From Octopus vulgaris (lineage: Eukaryota), in assembly GCA_951406725.2 (NCBI GenBank), contig OX597817.1, positions 48,422,001 through 48,486,000 of the forward strand: 64,000 nucleotides of DNA, read 5' to 3'. This document shows, piece by piece, positions 26,600 through 40,241 of the stretch. The position numbers and the translations under genes were made by a program. Position 1 is the stretch's first letter; each line of letters begins with the position of its first letter. The notes beneath the pieces are model-generated. The model was given only the letters and a program-made list of their open reading frames with translations, made no database searches and was not told the origin of the DNA.

Positions 26600-27916
26600 T
26601 ACAGGATCTTACAGATAAATTGAGACCAATTTTAAGCAGTTGACTTAGTGGGTTTTACGTTTCATTTTTTGACAAAGCTTTGCTTGAAAATCTAATCCTC
26701 CTCTTTATTTTTCAGGTAAATAGCGAACTGATTTGACAACAGAAAGTCATGGAGCAACAAAATCGTCCCGCCATTGCCAATAGAATTTATTTCTTTACTA
26801 CCCACAAGGGGCTAAACACAGAGAGGATAAACACGGACAGACAAACGGATTAAGTCGATTACATCGACCCCAGTGTGTAACTGTTACTTAATTTATCGGC
26901 CCCGATAGGATGAAAGGCAAAGTCGACCTAGGCGTAATTTGAACTCAGAACGTAACGGCAGACGAAGTACGGCTACGCATTTCGCCTGGCGTGTTAACGT
27001 CTCTGCCAAGTCACCGCCTTCATTGCCAATAGAATCGTTAAGTTGACAAAACTTCCAAAAGCAACTGTTTATCGCGTGTATAAACAATGTAAAGAAGAGC
27101 GAAGATTGATAGAAAAGAAGACAAGACTCGATGAGATTCCAAGGGCAATCCAAAGTTCTCCCTGGCTTAAAACACTCGATTGAAGTCAACCCATCCACAT
27201 CCATAACAGTTCTTACAAAGAAACGCAATGTGTCCAAAGCTGTGAACAGGAACCTTGGCATGACTAGCTGTGTTCGACGACACCGTCACCTCCTGACAGC
27301 CAAAACCAAAGGAATCAGAGTTGAGAGATGCTCCAAGCTTCTGTCATTCATCATGAATCGAAGTGCTGGAAAATCTTTCATGTTTGTGGACGAGAAGAAG
27401 TTCACTGAGATGAATAGCAGAAATTCTCGAGTGATTGCATGTAACCCTTGGAGCCTCGGCGAGTGATGGAAGTGTCACGGATCCATGCTTCATTGAGTTT
27501 GGCTTGAAGATCGGCAAAAAAGAGTATATAGACATCCTGAAGAACTCTCTGTTACCTTGGACAGAGCAGAAGTTTGGGCTTGACAATGTAGTGCTTATCC
27601 AGGATTCTGTACCACGCCATGGGTCAAAAGCAACACAGGCATTCCTTCGTGAGAAGGTGCATCGCCCGTGTGACACGCACAATGCAGATCTTCAAACTTC
27701 AAAATAAAAAAGCCAGAGGTTGCGGCAGCTGCAAAAACAGTTCGTTCTCGCGTGGAAGCAGTAATTGCCAAAAAGGGAGGTTACGTAGACTGATAAATGT
27801 TTTTGTTGTAATAAATACTACATTAAAATAGTATCTGTCTACAACCATTATTTTAGTATTTATAACCAGTTTTATGCATCGTAAAAATTGTTTCAATTTA
27901 TTTAGAAGAGCTTGTA
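26600..27916 (+). mobile_element. Decayed Tc1/mariner-superfamily transposon (possibly maT/DD37D-like) with a SINE-B inserted (TSD cattgccaatagaat)
   Basis: TA-flanked TIRs tacagg..taaattgagaccaatttt / aaaattgtttcaattta..ttgta; peptides FVDEKKFT, YIDIL...LLPW, QDSVPRH. Confidence 0.85.
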
Positions 27917-28300
27917 CATACACACGTAACGACATAATGATTTAGGATGGAGAAGAGAAACTGTGTACAGTTGTGGAAACCAGCTGCCCGGCAGATGTTA
28001 ACATAAAGCTGAAGATCAGTGAAAAAGAAAATACCTACGTTGAACCATTGAGGAATTTGCGGTAACTCTATCCAGATTACAAGTTTAGCTTTATATGTGT
28101 AATTATTGGGGCATTGGGTGGGATACGTATCACACTGCCTAAATACCAATCTTGAGAAATTAGGCTTCTCAAAACCAGAAAGGAGAAAGCTGATTCGAAG
28201 ACTACAGATCCAATCCATCACTGGAACAGTAAAAATCTGTAAAACTTTCCAGAAGTTTACCATTTAAATATATATGAGTATGTCTAGATATGAAACTTTA
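27917..28300 (+). mobile_element. R4/Dong-like LINE 3' fragment (restriction-like endonuclease); related 3' ends at 25970-26170 and 28530-28640
   Basis: DIMI..EKLCTVVETSCPADVN...K.NTY...VIIGALG...LQIQSITGTVKICKTF. Confidence 0.65.
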
Positions 28301-28475
28301 TGCACGAGAATACATACGTACGTACATACATACATACATACATACATACATACATGCATGCATGCATGCATACATACATACATACATACGTACATACATA
28401 CATTCATAATACATGCATACATGCATACATACATACATGCATGCATGCATGCATGCAGGCAGGCAGGCAGACATG

Positions 28476-28523
<48 letters not shown>

Positions 28524-28649
28524 AAACTGCGTTGTTGATGTTGAAATTCTAATGAAAGAGCCTTGGATCTATTTTAGAAACCGGGTCTTTCTCTATTGGC
28601 AAGAAATCTTGAAATAAAACTGAGTAATAACATACATACATACGTGCAT

Positions 28650-28696
<47 letters not shown>

Positions 28697-28856
28697 CATA
28701 CATACATGCATGCATGCATACATAAGTGATAGCTGCTTCCACATTCTCAAGTATAGCCTTTGCTTATATCAAGCAACGCCTGTCCATGCTTCTTTTGAAA
28801 ACGAGGAAAGGCCTTTCACGCAAACAATCTCACTCTCTGAACAACGATGACAGATA

Positions 28857-29358
28857 TCCCCCTTCCCTTCCTCCCTTCCTTCCTACCTTCCTTCCTATCT
28901 TCCTCCCTCCCTTCCTTCCTTCCTTCCTTTTTTCCTTCCTTCCTCCCTCGCTTCCTCCCTTCCATCCACCCTCCCTCCCTTCCATCCTCCCTTCCATCCT
29001 CCCTCCCTTCATTCCTTCCTCCCTCCCTCCATTCCTTCCGTCTTTCCTCCCCCCTCCCTCCCTTCCTTCCTTCCTTCCTCCCTTCCTTCCTTCCTTTTTT
29101 CCTTCCTTCCTTCTTTCCTACCTTCCTTCCTTCCTTCCTTCCTTCCTTCCTTCCTTCCTCCCTACCTTCCTTCCTTTTTTCCTTCCTTCCTTCTTTCCTA
29201 CCTCCCTCCCTCCCTTCCTACCATCCTCCCTCCCTTCCTTCCTTCCTTCCTTCCTTCCTTCCTTCCTTTCTCCCCACCTGCCTTACTCCCTCCCTCCCTT
29301 ACTCCCCACCTGCCTTCCTCCCTACCTGCCTTCCTCTCTCCCTTCCTTCCTTCCTTCT
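28857..29358. repeat. (CCTT)n polypyrimidine tract
   Basis: Direct inspection. Confidence 0.97.
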
Positions 29359-31224
29359 CAAAAGTCTCAGAGGCCACGTAAAGTAACATGGTCACTGGTC
29401 TTTCATTCTGATCAAAATAAGCAAAACCACAGCGTTTCGTGAACCATTTACCTTTGGTGAGCGTTCGTATTGAGAGATGCAACAACCACTCAATGGTTCT
29501 CTGTTGTCAATGGTAGAAGTGGCAAGAGCTCATCGTGCATTTTGCATTTATAGTGTTCCAGTGAAGGCACGTGGCTTAATGGTTAGTGTGTTTGGCTGAT
29601 GATCATAAGGTCGTGAGTTCGATTCCCGGTAGTGTATCGTGTCATTGAGTATGACAGTTTTTTTTCCCCGTTGCTCCAGTCCAATCAGGTGGCAAAAATG
29701 AGCTGTACCTATAATCCAAAGGGCCAGCCTTGTCACACTGTGTCACGCTGAATCTCCCCTAGAACTATGTTAAGGGTACGTATGTCTGTGGAGTACTCAG
29801 CCACTTGTACGTTAATTTCATGAGCAGGTTATTCCGTGGAAGGCGGTGAGCTGGCAGAAACGTTAGCACGCCGGGCGAAATGCTTAGTGGTATTTCGTCT
29901 GCCGTTATGTTCTGAGTTCAAATTCTGCCGAGGTTGACTTTGCCTTTCGTCCTTTCGGGGTCGATTAAATAAGTACCAGTTACGCACTGGGGTCCATATA
30001 ATCAACTTAATCCGTTTGTCTGTCCTTGTTTGTCCCCTCTGTGTTTAGCCCCTTGTGAGTAGTAAAGAAATAGGTTATTCTGTTAATCGGATCAACTAGA
30101 ACCCCTATTGTTGTAAGCGATGGAGTGCCAGTTTTTTTTTATATTGCTCCTACTGGAGTTTCGATCCTAATACTGAACTAGCTGAGAAAGACTTTACTAC
30201 CTATCTCAAGAAAACAGGGATTACCATGGCTTTGAGTATTTGCTATATCAACTCTTTGAGTATTCGGTATTGTAGCTCAGGCTGTGATGACATTTCATTA
30301 ACATTCAAATGTCATCACGGTTTGAATGCTAATGAAATGTTCACTCGTTGTTCTCCTAATTAATGACACTATGACAAGCCGTTAGTCGGTTGTCTCTTTG
30401 CTATTTTATTTTTACTGTGTAGATTTCTCAGTGAAAACGCCACACATGGATCAAAGTTTTATTGTCGTTTCTCTCTTTTTTTTACTGAATGATGGCCAAA
30501 TCGATAATGCACCTTTCCGGTACAGAAACACGTGTACCGTTAATATAATTCACAAGCTAAATCAGTATGAGGCAGTGTATGATAAAACTGGACCTTTAAA
30601 TCACAGGTGTAATCCATTTGAGGGGCTTCCATACAGTTTCCCTTTACCCAATTTTCCTCCTAAGATTTCAGTCAACTGAAGTTTAAACCACTTCTCATGA
30701 ATGCCACCCACTAGGATTGAACTCAAGATTTAGTGAATTTCTAGGAACTAATCGGAGGAAGAAAAGAAATTTCTCGTCTTCCGATGAAGGACTTTGAGCA
30801 AAACGTTAAAATTCTCATCATCCCACAGGTTTCGTAGTGATCCAAACATGTGAACTTCACTGAAGATGCAGGAAGTTTGCTAAATTTCTCATAATGGCAC
30901 AAGATCAGCAATTTTCGGAGCAGGAGATAAAGCTAATCGATTATATGGACCCCAGTATTTGACTGGTATTTGTTATATCGACTCCGAAAGGATAAAAAGT
31001 AAAATCGACTTCTCTGACATTTAAACTCAGAACTAGAAAGAAAAAGCCACGAAACAGTTTGTCTAGCATGCTAACGATTCTGCTAGCTTGCCTCTATTTG
31101 GTACTTCTTACATTGAAAATCATTATATGAAGAAGAGTTGATAGGCACGCTTTTAACAGAGCTCTGCACTTCCAAAACATTTACTTAATAACTGCACGCT
31201 CAATTGTTATTAGGCGCATGTGTG

Positions 31225-31555
31225 AAGGCGCATGGCTCAGTGGTTAGAGCGTCGAGCTTACGATCGTGAGGCTGTGAGTTCGAATCCCGGACCGGGCTGC
31301 GTGTTGTATTCTTGAGCAAGACACTTTATTTCACGTTGCTTCAGTTCACTCAGCTGTAGAAATGAGTTGCGACGTCTCAGGTGCCAAGCTGTATCGGCCC
31401 TTGCCTTTCTCTTGGATAACACAGGTGGCGTGGAGAGGGTAAGCGGGTATGCATGAGCGACTGCTGGTCTTCCATAAACAACCTTGCCCGGACTTGTGTC
31501 TGGGAGGGTAACTTTCTAGGTGCAATCCCACGGTCAGTCATGACCGAAGGGAGTC
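31225..31555 (+). mobile_element. tRNA-derived SINE family D; second copy 26208-26522(-), related 29563-30130
   Basis: ggcgcatggctcagtggttagagcg...gagttcgaatccc; cttgagcaagacacttt domain. Confidence 0.85.
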
Positions 31556-31874
31556 TCAGCATTTGTTGTTACCACCGTTAAATATTTCTAGTTTCTCAAT
31601 GGCTGTTTGATTAAAAAATGCTAAAGTGATATTATTAAAAATGTAGATTGTTTGTTAAACTGAAGATCATTATATTGTAAAAGGCAAAGCCCTCAATAGA
31701 GACCCACAAGACCATTTCATTTCACAACTGCATGCTCATTGGTATCCCATTAACAATGGGTGGCAGCAAGCAAGGTGTGATCCCATCGAGGTGGAATGCA
31801 GAGGGTTTACGGATTTGTCCCTCAGTTTAGCATTACAGGGGCCAGTAGTTGGCAGGCATATATATATATATATA

Positions 31875-32276
31875 ACTCCAAGAAAGTTAGAAGTTGTGAA
31901 TCCAACCAACTAAGGGATAATATCTATCCAATATACTGCTGGTAGAATACCCAATTATTAATACACAAGTGTTTTTATTGCATTAGCTAGTATACTAAAT
32001 GGGTGAAGGTAAAGAGATAGTTTACCATTAATTTATATAGCAATAAGAAAATGGATGTGATCAATAGGTGGTTCATCAAATTTAGACATTTCATGTTTGT
32101 TATTTTATAATAATTACTGGTATCCTTATATATTACTATATTTTATATCTTACATAAAAGCATAATATGTTATATGTATGTATATTATTGTAATTATCAA
32201 TTTAGTAAATAAATTGAGATAATATAATATCTAAAAGTTGATGAACCACCTATTGATCCCCTCCATTTTCTTATTG

Positions 32277-32280
<4 letters not shown>
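31875..32280 (-). mobile_element. (TA)n-flanked PLE-like terminus with 50-bp inverted arm; second copy 35641-35925 (+)
   Basis: 32037-32087 vs 32230-32280 inverted; hairpin 35641-35747; shared body ggattcacaac..ctaact. Confidence 0.6.
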
Positions 32281-32330
<50 letters not shown>

Positions 32331-32332
<2 letters not shown>

Positions 32333-33625
32333 CCTTTTCTTTCTCCACGAAATTTAATCCTTTAATTCTTTAAACCCCTCCGGTATAAAAGTTAACTTCG
32401 TTCGTTTCTCTATGCTACCCTAAAACATCGCCATTTCCGCCATTCGTTCGTTTCTTTAAGGTACCTCAATCCTTTAATTAAATCTTCGCCATTCGCGGTG
32501 CCTTCTTCAAACCCGAAATCGCCATTACTATTCCCAATCAAACTTCCTTCTTCCCCAACACAGACTTCCGGTCAATCTGTTTAAATGCACCTTGTCTTCC
32601 CACTCCTATCATTCTTCTTCGATCACAGCGATGTCCATAGCAAGTTAAGATTTTCTCTCCTCCTCTTCCGTAACTCGTACAACATACATACATTTGCCTA
32701 CCGTTTAAATGTTTGAACTTATACACTAACGTGCTTTGCCTTCCTTTCTCCACGAAATTTAATCCTTTAATTCTTTAAACCCCTCCGGTATAAAAGTTAA
32801 TTTCGTTCGTTTCTCTATGCTACCCTAAAACATCGCCATTTCCGCCATTCGTTCGTTTCTTTAAGGTACCTCAATACTTTAATTCGATCTTCGCCATTCG
32901 CGGTGCGCCCGCCCTTTCCCACCCCCACCACCAATACCGGTGAACACTGTTCACACCATCTACACCGGATATGCCCTCCCCCACCACCATTACGTGTGTC
33001 TCTCCCTCCTACCCCTCCTCCTCACATGCTTTCACTGTGTATTACCCCTCCCTCCCACCAAGACAAGCAGCTAGCGCCGCAGCTCATCAACCGCCCCACT
33101 TATCCTACGTTTCCTCCTGTTTTGAATCTCTCACTGCCTCAACCGGCTATCTCCTTCCAGTCCCCTCCCCCACTCGTGATGTCCTACGTTTTATTTCCTA
33201 CGAACCTGCACCAACCCTACCTGTCATCGTTCCTCCTTACCCCAACCCGCCCCACTGGTGCTTCCCTATATTACCTGCACCCCCAAAAAGCACCATCCGA
33301 ACGTGGCCGATGCCAGCGCCGCCCCGACTATCCGAACGTTGCCAGCGCCGCCTTGGCTGGCTTCCGTGCCGCTGGCACGTTAAAAGCTCGAACCGATCGT
33401 GACCGATGCCGGACCCCCCCTGGCACCTGTGCAGGTGGCACGTAAAAAGCACCCACTACACTCGCGGAGTGGTTGGCGTTAGGAAGGGCATCCAGCCGTA
33501 GAAACTCTGCCAGATCAGACTGGAGCCTGGAGCAGCCCCTGGCTTCCCAGACCCCGGTCGAACCGTCCAACCCGTGCTAGCGCGGAAAACGGACGTTAAA
33601 CGATGATGATGATGATGATGATGAT
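32331..33625 (+). mobile_element. Long, CpG-intact non-autonomous retroposon with (GAT)n tail; 3' parts recur at 9640-10017, 23090-23460(-), 23873-24300(-)
   Basis: ggcgttaggaagggcatccagc domain and ggacgttaaacgatgatgat end; internal ~165-bp direct repeat 32339-32502 / 32744-32906. Confidence 0.7.
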
Positions 33626-33639
33626 ATATATGCAGGTAT

Positions 33640-35200
33640 AAGTTAGAGGTGTTTAAACCCTCTAAAAGATAGATGTATCCAAAGACAAATTAGAGTAGGC
33701 CATAGCCTGACTAGTAACTTAGCTACCATCATAGCGTCGATAAGCAATAATAAGCTAGACACTTTCTACGAAACTAGGAAAAATAGCAACATAAAACATA
33801 ACAGCCAACCGGCAAATACAATAAATCTCACTCTTAATGACGTACCTTGAAACAACACGGACAACGACCTGAGAAACAATAGTCCCCCCCCCTAAACACA
33901 ACACTAGCACAGATAAACTGAATAATTTATGTGGCTGCAGAGACAGAGATAAGTGTCAATTCTCTAATAGGTGTAAAACAAAAAATGTAGTATACCAATG
34001 CGATGTACTCGCAAATAACCATACAAAATCTTATGTAGGAGCCACAAAAAATCAAATGATACTTAGCTGCAATTCTCACCAATCTAGTTTTAGAAATAGA
34101 AGTAAAGCAAACTCTACAGGACTTAGTAGCTACATCTGGGATTTAAAGGACCAAAAAATTAATTATAGTTTAGAATGGCGTATCTTAGCAAAAACCTCGT
34201 CTTATAACACTACTAATAAGCGTTGTGATCTCCAAATTTTAATGGCTAAACCGCCTCTACTCAGTAAGAAATATGAAAATAATAACTTTTGTCTACATAA
34301 AGGGTAATTCGTCTTTTCTAAGTTTCGTTAAACTCGCTCAATCTTGTACACATCACTACCTCCTAGCTTTAACGCTACCAGTAGACCTACTTATCAGCGC
34401 ATTACCCCCACTTAACCTACCGGTAACTTAACTAGCTTACGCAAGTCCAAACTTACATTATAAATAAATAAACAATATACTTAATCTACATTCTACGCTA
34501 GTGGAGGCACATGGCCTATTGGTTAGGGCAGCGGACTCGCAGTCGAGGGATCGCGAGTTCGAATCTCAGACCGAGCGATGTGTGTGTTTATGAGCGAAAC
34601 ACCTAAGCCCCACGCGGCTCCGGCAGAAGGTAATGGCAAACTTCTTTTGAATCTTTCGCCACAACTTTCTCTTCTGCATCTAGCAACTTATCTGTGACGG
34701 ACCGGCGTCCCGTCTAGGTGGGAAACCTATACGCGAAGGAAACCGGGAAACCGGCCCTTTCGAGCTAGGCGTTGATCGAGAAGGAACAAACAACATTCTA
34801 CGCTACCCTACTCCAAACCCACATTATAACCCAATAGTTAATATACCTATTCTACATCCTACGCTTGCCTGTTTTTTCCTATAATTCTTTTTAGTCGGGA
34901 ACTACCAACGCTACTTACACGCTAAATTTCCCCTTTCTCTTTGCACTCTTACGACAATGAGTCTATCTACACGCTAGATTGGACCGACACTCGATTTAAA
35001 CTTTACACTTATATACGGCATCCTTTATAAATACACGAACTGCCTACAACCTATAATTTACTGACATATAGTTCCTCATAACCACACCGGATATCCCTAA
35101 TTACCACAGTCACACCTGCGCCTAAAATCATTATATAGTAAAAAGTAAAGCTCTCAGCAGAGATCCGTAAGACCAAAACATTCATTTTATAATTGCATGC
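33640..35200 (+). mobile_element. Degenerate PLE (Nematis/Naiad-type GIY-YIG) with C-rich 3' region, interrupted by a SINE-C
   Basis: C..C...C..NVVYQC...SYVGAT...H.SSF....TGLSSYIWDLK....W.IL....Y.....C.L. Confidence 0.8.
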
Positions 35201-35353
35201 TCATCGTTTGTTACAGTCACCATTTCTAGTTGTTTAATGGTTGTTTGAAATATTTCAGTGATATCTTTATTTCTCAATTTGGCATGATGTAAAAACAAAA
35301 CAAAACGAAATGGAATTAAGGGCGATAGTAATAACCATAAAGATTCTACTTAC

Positions 35354-35465
35354 GAGATATTTCCAAACCCCTCAAAAAACATTCATGCGCTGTAGAAAAG
35401 TTCTCATCAACAGCATCAAACAGATTATCAGGGTTTTCTAGTAGTGTGGATCGATATATTCCATC
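35354..35465 (-). CDS. ACSL: ACSL coding exon 2 (112 nt; DGIYRSTLLENPDNLFDAVDENFSTAHECFLRGLEIS-R)
   Basis: ctttcag acceptor, gtaagt donor; resembles ACSL1 GARRSALL...TLYEGFQRGIQVS; ends in phase 1. Confidence 0.9.
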
Positions 35466-35920
35466 CTGAAAGCAAAAAGGCAAAATTATTGATAGTAAAA
35501 GACTGCTTACATAAACGTATTCGTATACAAAACGTTGTAAGTTTCAGTACTGGCTCTGAATTCTGTTGAAAATCAGCAGAGATGAACTTAGAAATGAAAA
35601 TATCGCACTGGTTACACCAAAAGTAAGACACAATATATATATACGGCAATAAGAAAATGGAGGGGATAAAGAGCTGGTATTCATCAACTTTGTCTAAAAG
35701 TTGATGAATACCACCTCTTGACCCCTTCCATTTTCTTATTGCTGTATAAATTAAGGGTAAAATAACTTTTTACCCTCACCCATTTATTACATTCAGTAGT
35801 GTAATTGCCACGTAATAAAAAAGAAAACACTTGTGTATTAATAATTGGGTATTCTATCAGCAGTATATTGGATAGATATTATCCCTTAGTTGGTTGGATT
35901 CACAACCTCTAACTCTCTTG

Positions 35921-35990
<70 letters not shown>

Positions 35991-35994
<4 letters not shown>

Positions 35995-37150
35995 AATAGT
36001 AAAGAGTGAAAAAACTACAGAAGGATTAAATGTTAAAAAATATATATATTTGCGTCAATATGTCTGAAGAATATTAGAAAATTAAAAAAAAAATTTTTTT
36101 TCCCTCTTATAATGACATAATTTAAAAGAAAGACCGGTTTCGCGTGTAGCTTTTCAAATTTCTTGCGACGTTATGTTTATGTTGAATAGAGTTTTCGTTA
36201 TGTTTATGTTCAGGAGAGTTCTAAATAAGGGAAGGTAGTGAGTGATTTCTTCCGGTGTAAGGGAGATAATCGCTTTAAAATTTTTTCCTTTCCCTTGGTG
36301 TGAATTTCTCTGTATCGGTATGTTCGGATGGTTGAGTCTGGGCTTGTACTTTTCAATGAAGAATGTTTCCTTGTTTAGTATAATTTGTGTTGATGATCCG
36401 AAAGCACATTGGTAAAATGGAAATTGTGGTAGTAGTTGCTTTGCGCATTTCTCAATGTGCTCACTAAAAGGTATCATTCTATATTCTGGGAATGCAATCT
36501 GTTGTCGATGCAGTGTGCATCTACGTCTGAGTGATAGTCCCGTGGAACCCACGTAGTCTTGGTAGCAGCCCGAGCATTTTATGACATAAATTATGTTTTC
36601 AGAGGCACAAGTAAAGTTAGATTTGATCTTGAATTTCTGTCCCTCTTTAAAGAGGAATTCCGATCCTTCTAGCAGGTTAGGACATGTTGCACAGTTCGAT
36701 CTACCACATTTTTTTACTTTTGCATCCGTAATTTCAGAAGACAATTTTGCCTTTGTGAGAATCTTTTTGAGTGATTTAAGCTGTTTGTAGCTTTTAATGA
36801 TTTGGTGTATGTTTAGAATTTCCTTTAATTTGGGGTCTTTATGAAGTATTGGTAAATTCTGGGTGATGATGGTGAAGGCTTCTTTGTTTCTGGGGTTGTA
36901 TGTAGATATGTAAGGTAGTATTTTCGGGGAAAGTGTGTGGTTGTGTTGAACTTTTCTTAAAGTTTCTATGTTGATTTCTGTTGCACGTCTGATCCCATCC
37001 TCTATGAGTTGAGCTGGGTAATGTCTGTCAATTAGGGTGTTTTTGAGTTCTTGCAGTCTAAAGTTCCTGGTATTTTGTTCTGACACTATTGTGCATGTCC
37101 TTCTTGCAAGGTTGAAGGGGATGTTTGTTTTAGTGTGTCTTGGGTCAACT
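35991..37150 (-). mobile_element. Penelope-like element (Neptune-type) 3' portion: end of RT, Cys-rich linker and GIY-YIG endonuclease (ORF 36154..37086)
   Basis: KCGRSNCATC, NIIYVIKCSGC..DYVGST..LRRR..H, E..FI...P.LN; degenerate hammerhead 36126-36164; microsatellite flanks. Confidence 0.9.
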
Positions 37151-37156
37151 TTCTTG

Positions 37157-37242
<86 letters not shown>

Positions 37243-37259
37243 TTTAAGTTTATCTAAGT

Positions 37260-37316
<57 letters not shown>

Positions 37317-37359
37317 TATGTAAGTTTATCTAAGTTTATATATATATATATATATATAT

Positions 37360-37735
37360 AAACTTAGATAAACTTAGATATGTTACGACCAAAGATTGGT
37401 CCAGGCCATTTCTAGCTTAATAGCATCACCTGATAAGATTAGCTAAATGTTTTTAAGTCAAGTTTTGTGGTATCGTGGTCCATTCAAGTAGTGAGTTCTT
37501 GTTGAGTGAGTTGTATCCAGGTATAGGTGGCTTATCTGGTATTCCTTGAAGAAATTTGTCCAGACTCCGTTTAAAGGTGATGGGATCCTTTTTCTCTTTG
37601 ATCAGTTTTGGGACAATGTTAAATAGGGCAGGGCTTGTTGAGGAAAATAAATTTTCTCGCAGTGTACCTATATGTTGTGATCCTGAATTGGGCAGGAGAC
37701 CGTCCCGAAATAGAGTGATTTTTTTTTTACAGAGT
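37360..37735 (-). mobile_element. LINE (CR1/L2 group) 3' end
   Basis: PALFNIVPKLIK...FKRSLDKFLQGIPDKPPIPGY...NSLLEW followed by a tatctaagtt tail. Confidence 0.65.
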
Positions 37736-40241
37736 TAACTTTTAGGGACACACAAACACCCCCCCCCCACACACACACTATAAGAACAGTAGCAAGTTGA
37801 ATAGTAACAATAGCAATGATAAAAATAACAACAGCAACAATAAGGACAGCAACAGCGACGGTGACAAGTGCAGCAACAGCAGCATCCGTTCAAGAATTTG
37901 GTCCTGGAGATCTCCATTTCCAGCGACTTCGAGGGCGTCAACGAAGAACCCTCGACTACAACGAGACGACCAAAGTTTTTTTTTCCAAGGTCTGGGGTCT
38001 CCCGCCCCTAAGCCCTAGACCATCACCTAATCACCCTTACCCGTCTTGTTGCTTAACAACAACAACAACAGCAGCAGCAGCAGCAGCAGCAACAAGCACT
38101 CTTTGAGTCCTCCTTAGTCAGGAGAGCTTTCACTTTTTCCAATCGATTTTATATCATCATCTCTGTTTTTCGTAAAAATTTTTCTGAAAATTCCCCCTCA
38201 AAATAAAAAGTTATGAGAGGTTACATGGGGGGCTTAAACCAGAATTTTGTAAAGGGTTTTTGTTTTCTGTCATCTTTAGCTGCATTTAGTTATGAATAGC
38301 TCATTCAGTGGTGGACAGGGTCTAAAAATATTGGTTGACTAAGGGGGCCCAGCTGCAACTACAAAGGGGCTCACCCACAACTACAATACTATCATTTAAT
38401 TTTTTATTGTTAAAAATATTCTTTTCAATTGTCTACAAACACAGCCATGCTGAAATAATTAATGCATTCTTCCAGGAGTGAATAAAAAATTCTCAAACTT
38501 GAGGGGATGGGCCCCCATATATGAATTCTAACGGTGCAGGGGCCCACTTGCCATCGGGCAAGCTGGCAAGCTGGCAACCTGGCTCATTAATACATCACAT
38601 AAGGTTATTAATCTCAGCTGGCAGAAACGTTAGCACGTCGGGCGAAATGATTAGAGGTATTTCGTTCTGAGTTCAAATTCCGCCGAGGTCGACTTTGCCT
38701 TTCATCCTTTCGGGGTCGATAAATTAAGTACCAGTTACGCACTGGGGTCGACGCAATCGACTTAACCTCTTTTTTTTGTCCCCTCTGTGTTTAGCACCTT
38801 GTGGGCAATAAAGAAATAAATCTCAGCCAAAGTAAATTTATTCAAACGTGAAGAGTTGACATAAAAATAGAATATAACATAACGAATAGCAGAATGCGTA
38901 TTGTTTTATATAATTAACCACCTTACGATTATGTAAATGCGCCAACATTAAAACATTTTCTCATGATACTAGAAATAGCTTATACAACGACTGATATATG
39001 TGGAAAATACCTCAGGGTAAAAATTTGTATTTAAAATACATTAAAAACAAAACAACGGCAGAAATTGCTTCCTTTAAATAAAGGAAAAAGATAAAAGTCT
39101 GAAAAGAGATGTTGAAAAGCATAAAGTTTTCTCACTCGAGCAGGGGTTTGGTGACTGGATTTTTGCAAATTTAGAATAAAAACACTTCTTATCATTGAAT
39201 GTGTATTTGAATGCGCGCGCGCGTGTGTGTGTAAAATTATAAAAATAGTAATAAAAATATGCTGCCGAAATAAAGAAAATATGAAAAAATGTGGTTAAAA
39301 TAAGGCCAAGGAAAGTACTAAGTGACTTATGAACAAAAGAACGATGTGGAGGCTGTGTTGATGAATTGAGAACCTTATAAACTAGTTAGGAGGTGAATTA
39401 AGGATGTGAAATGTTTAATGAATGGAATAACAGAAACAGTGATGCAAAAATACGCGGGTTTATGAGTCTGAGTGCAAGAGCAATATATCATTTGTCAAGA
39501 AGTTGCGGTCGGTAAATCTATTTAAATAAGGTTTCATTTGCACCATCGATCTTTTATAAGCCTTGACAGAAGCAGGCAAATTTTTTGTTTTGATATATTT
39601 TGTTGCTGAAGAAAAATGAAATACTGTATTATCTTAAATGATGTATACATTCTTGAGCGAAAGCATATGAACAGAATAATAATCCATGCAAACATTGCAC
39701 TACAGAAGATACCACATAAATTTTGATAAAACCTCATTACACAACTACCACAAGACTAGCAAACTCGCTTGCTGTGCAGCGTTGGGGGACACATTTATAG
39801 AACTGATTTGCTTTTTTCAAGAGGTTGCATAAACACGACTAATTATAACTAATCAACGTACTTTATTAATCCTCTCAAATGTATAATGGGGAACTCTCTT
39901 TTAACTTCAGTCCTGAGTTATTTCGAAAACATGCAAACTTAATCCTAAAATATATAATCATACAACCAGCCTCCACTTCCTAGAATTACTGATTTGGTGC
40001 CAAAATTTGAAACCATTATTTTATATTCAATTATATTAATGCAATGTATTGTGATATTATTATCAGGTCTGCAAAGGTGGTAGAGACGGTAACACACTGA
40101 GCAGTAACGAATTTCGTTAATTAATTCAAATTACACCAGTCAACTTTAGCCTTGCATTTTATTCCACGAAATATTTACTATATTCAGTTCAATATACTAC
40201 AACTGCTCCAACACATCATTTGTGTGTGTTGGTACAAATTA

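Noticed and set aside
24557-29485. K/E/R-rich and LPSF-repeat ORFs
   Set aside because: (GAA)n and (CCTT)n tracts
31225-31300. tRNA genes at SINE heads (also 18001, 22382, 34502)
   Set aside because: They run directly into SINE bodies and lack a proper acceptor stem and terminator
39534-39737. Hydrophobic ORF as an alternative TM-encoding ACSL first exon
   Set aside because: No convincing phase-0 donor before the stop and no ACSL similarity
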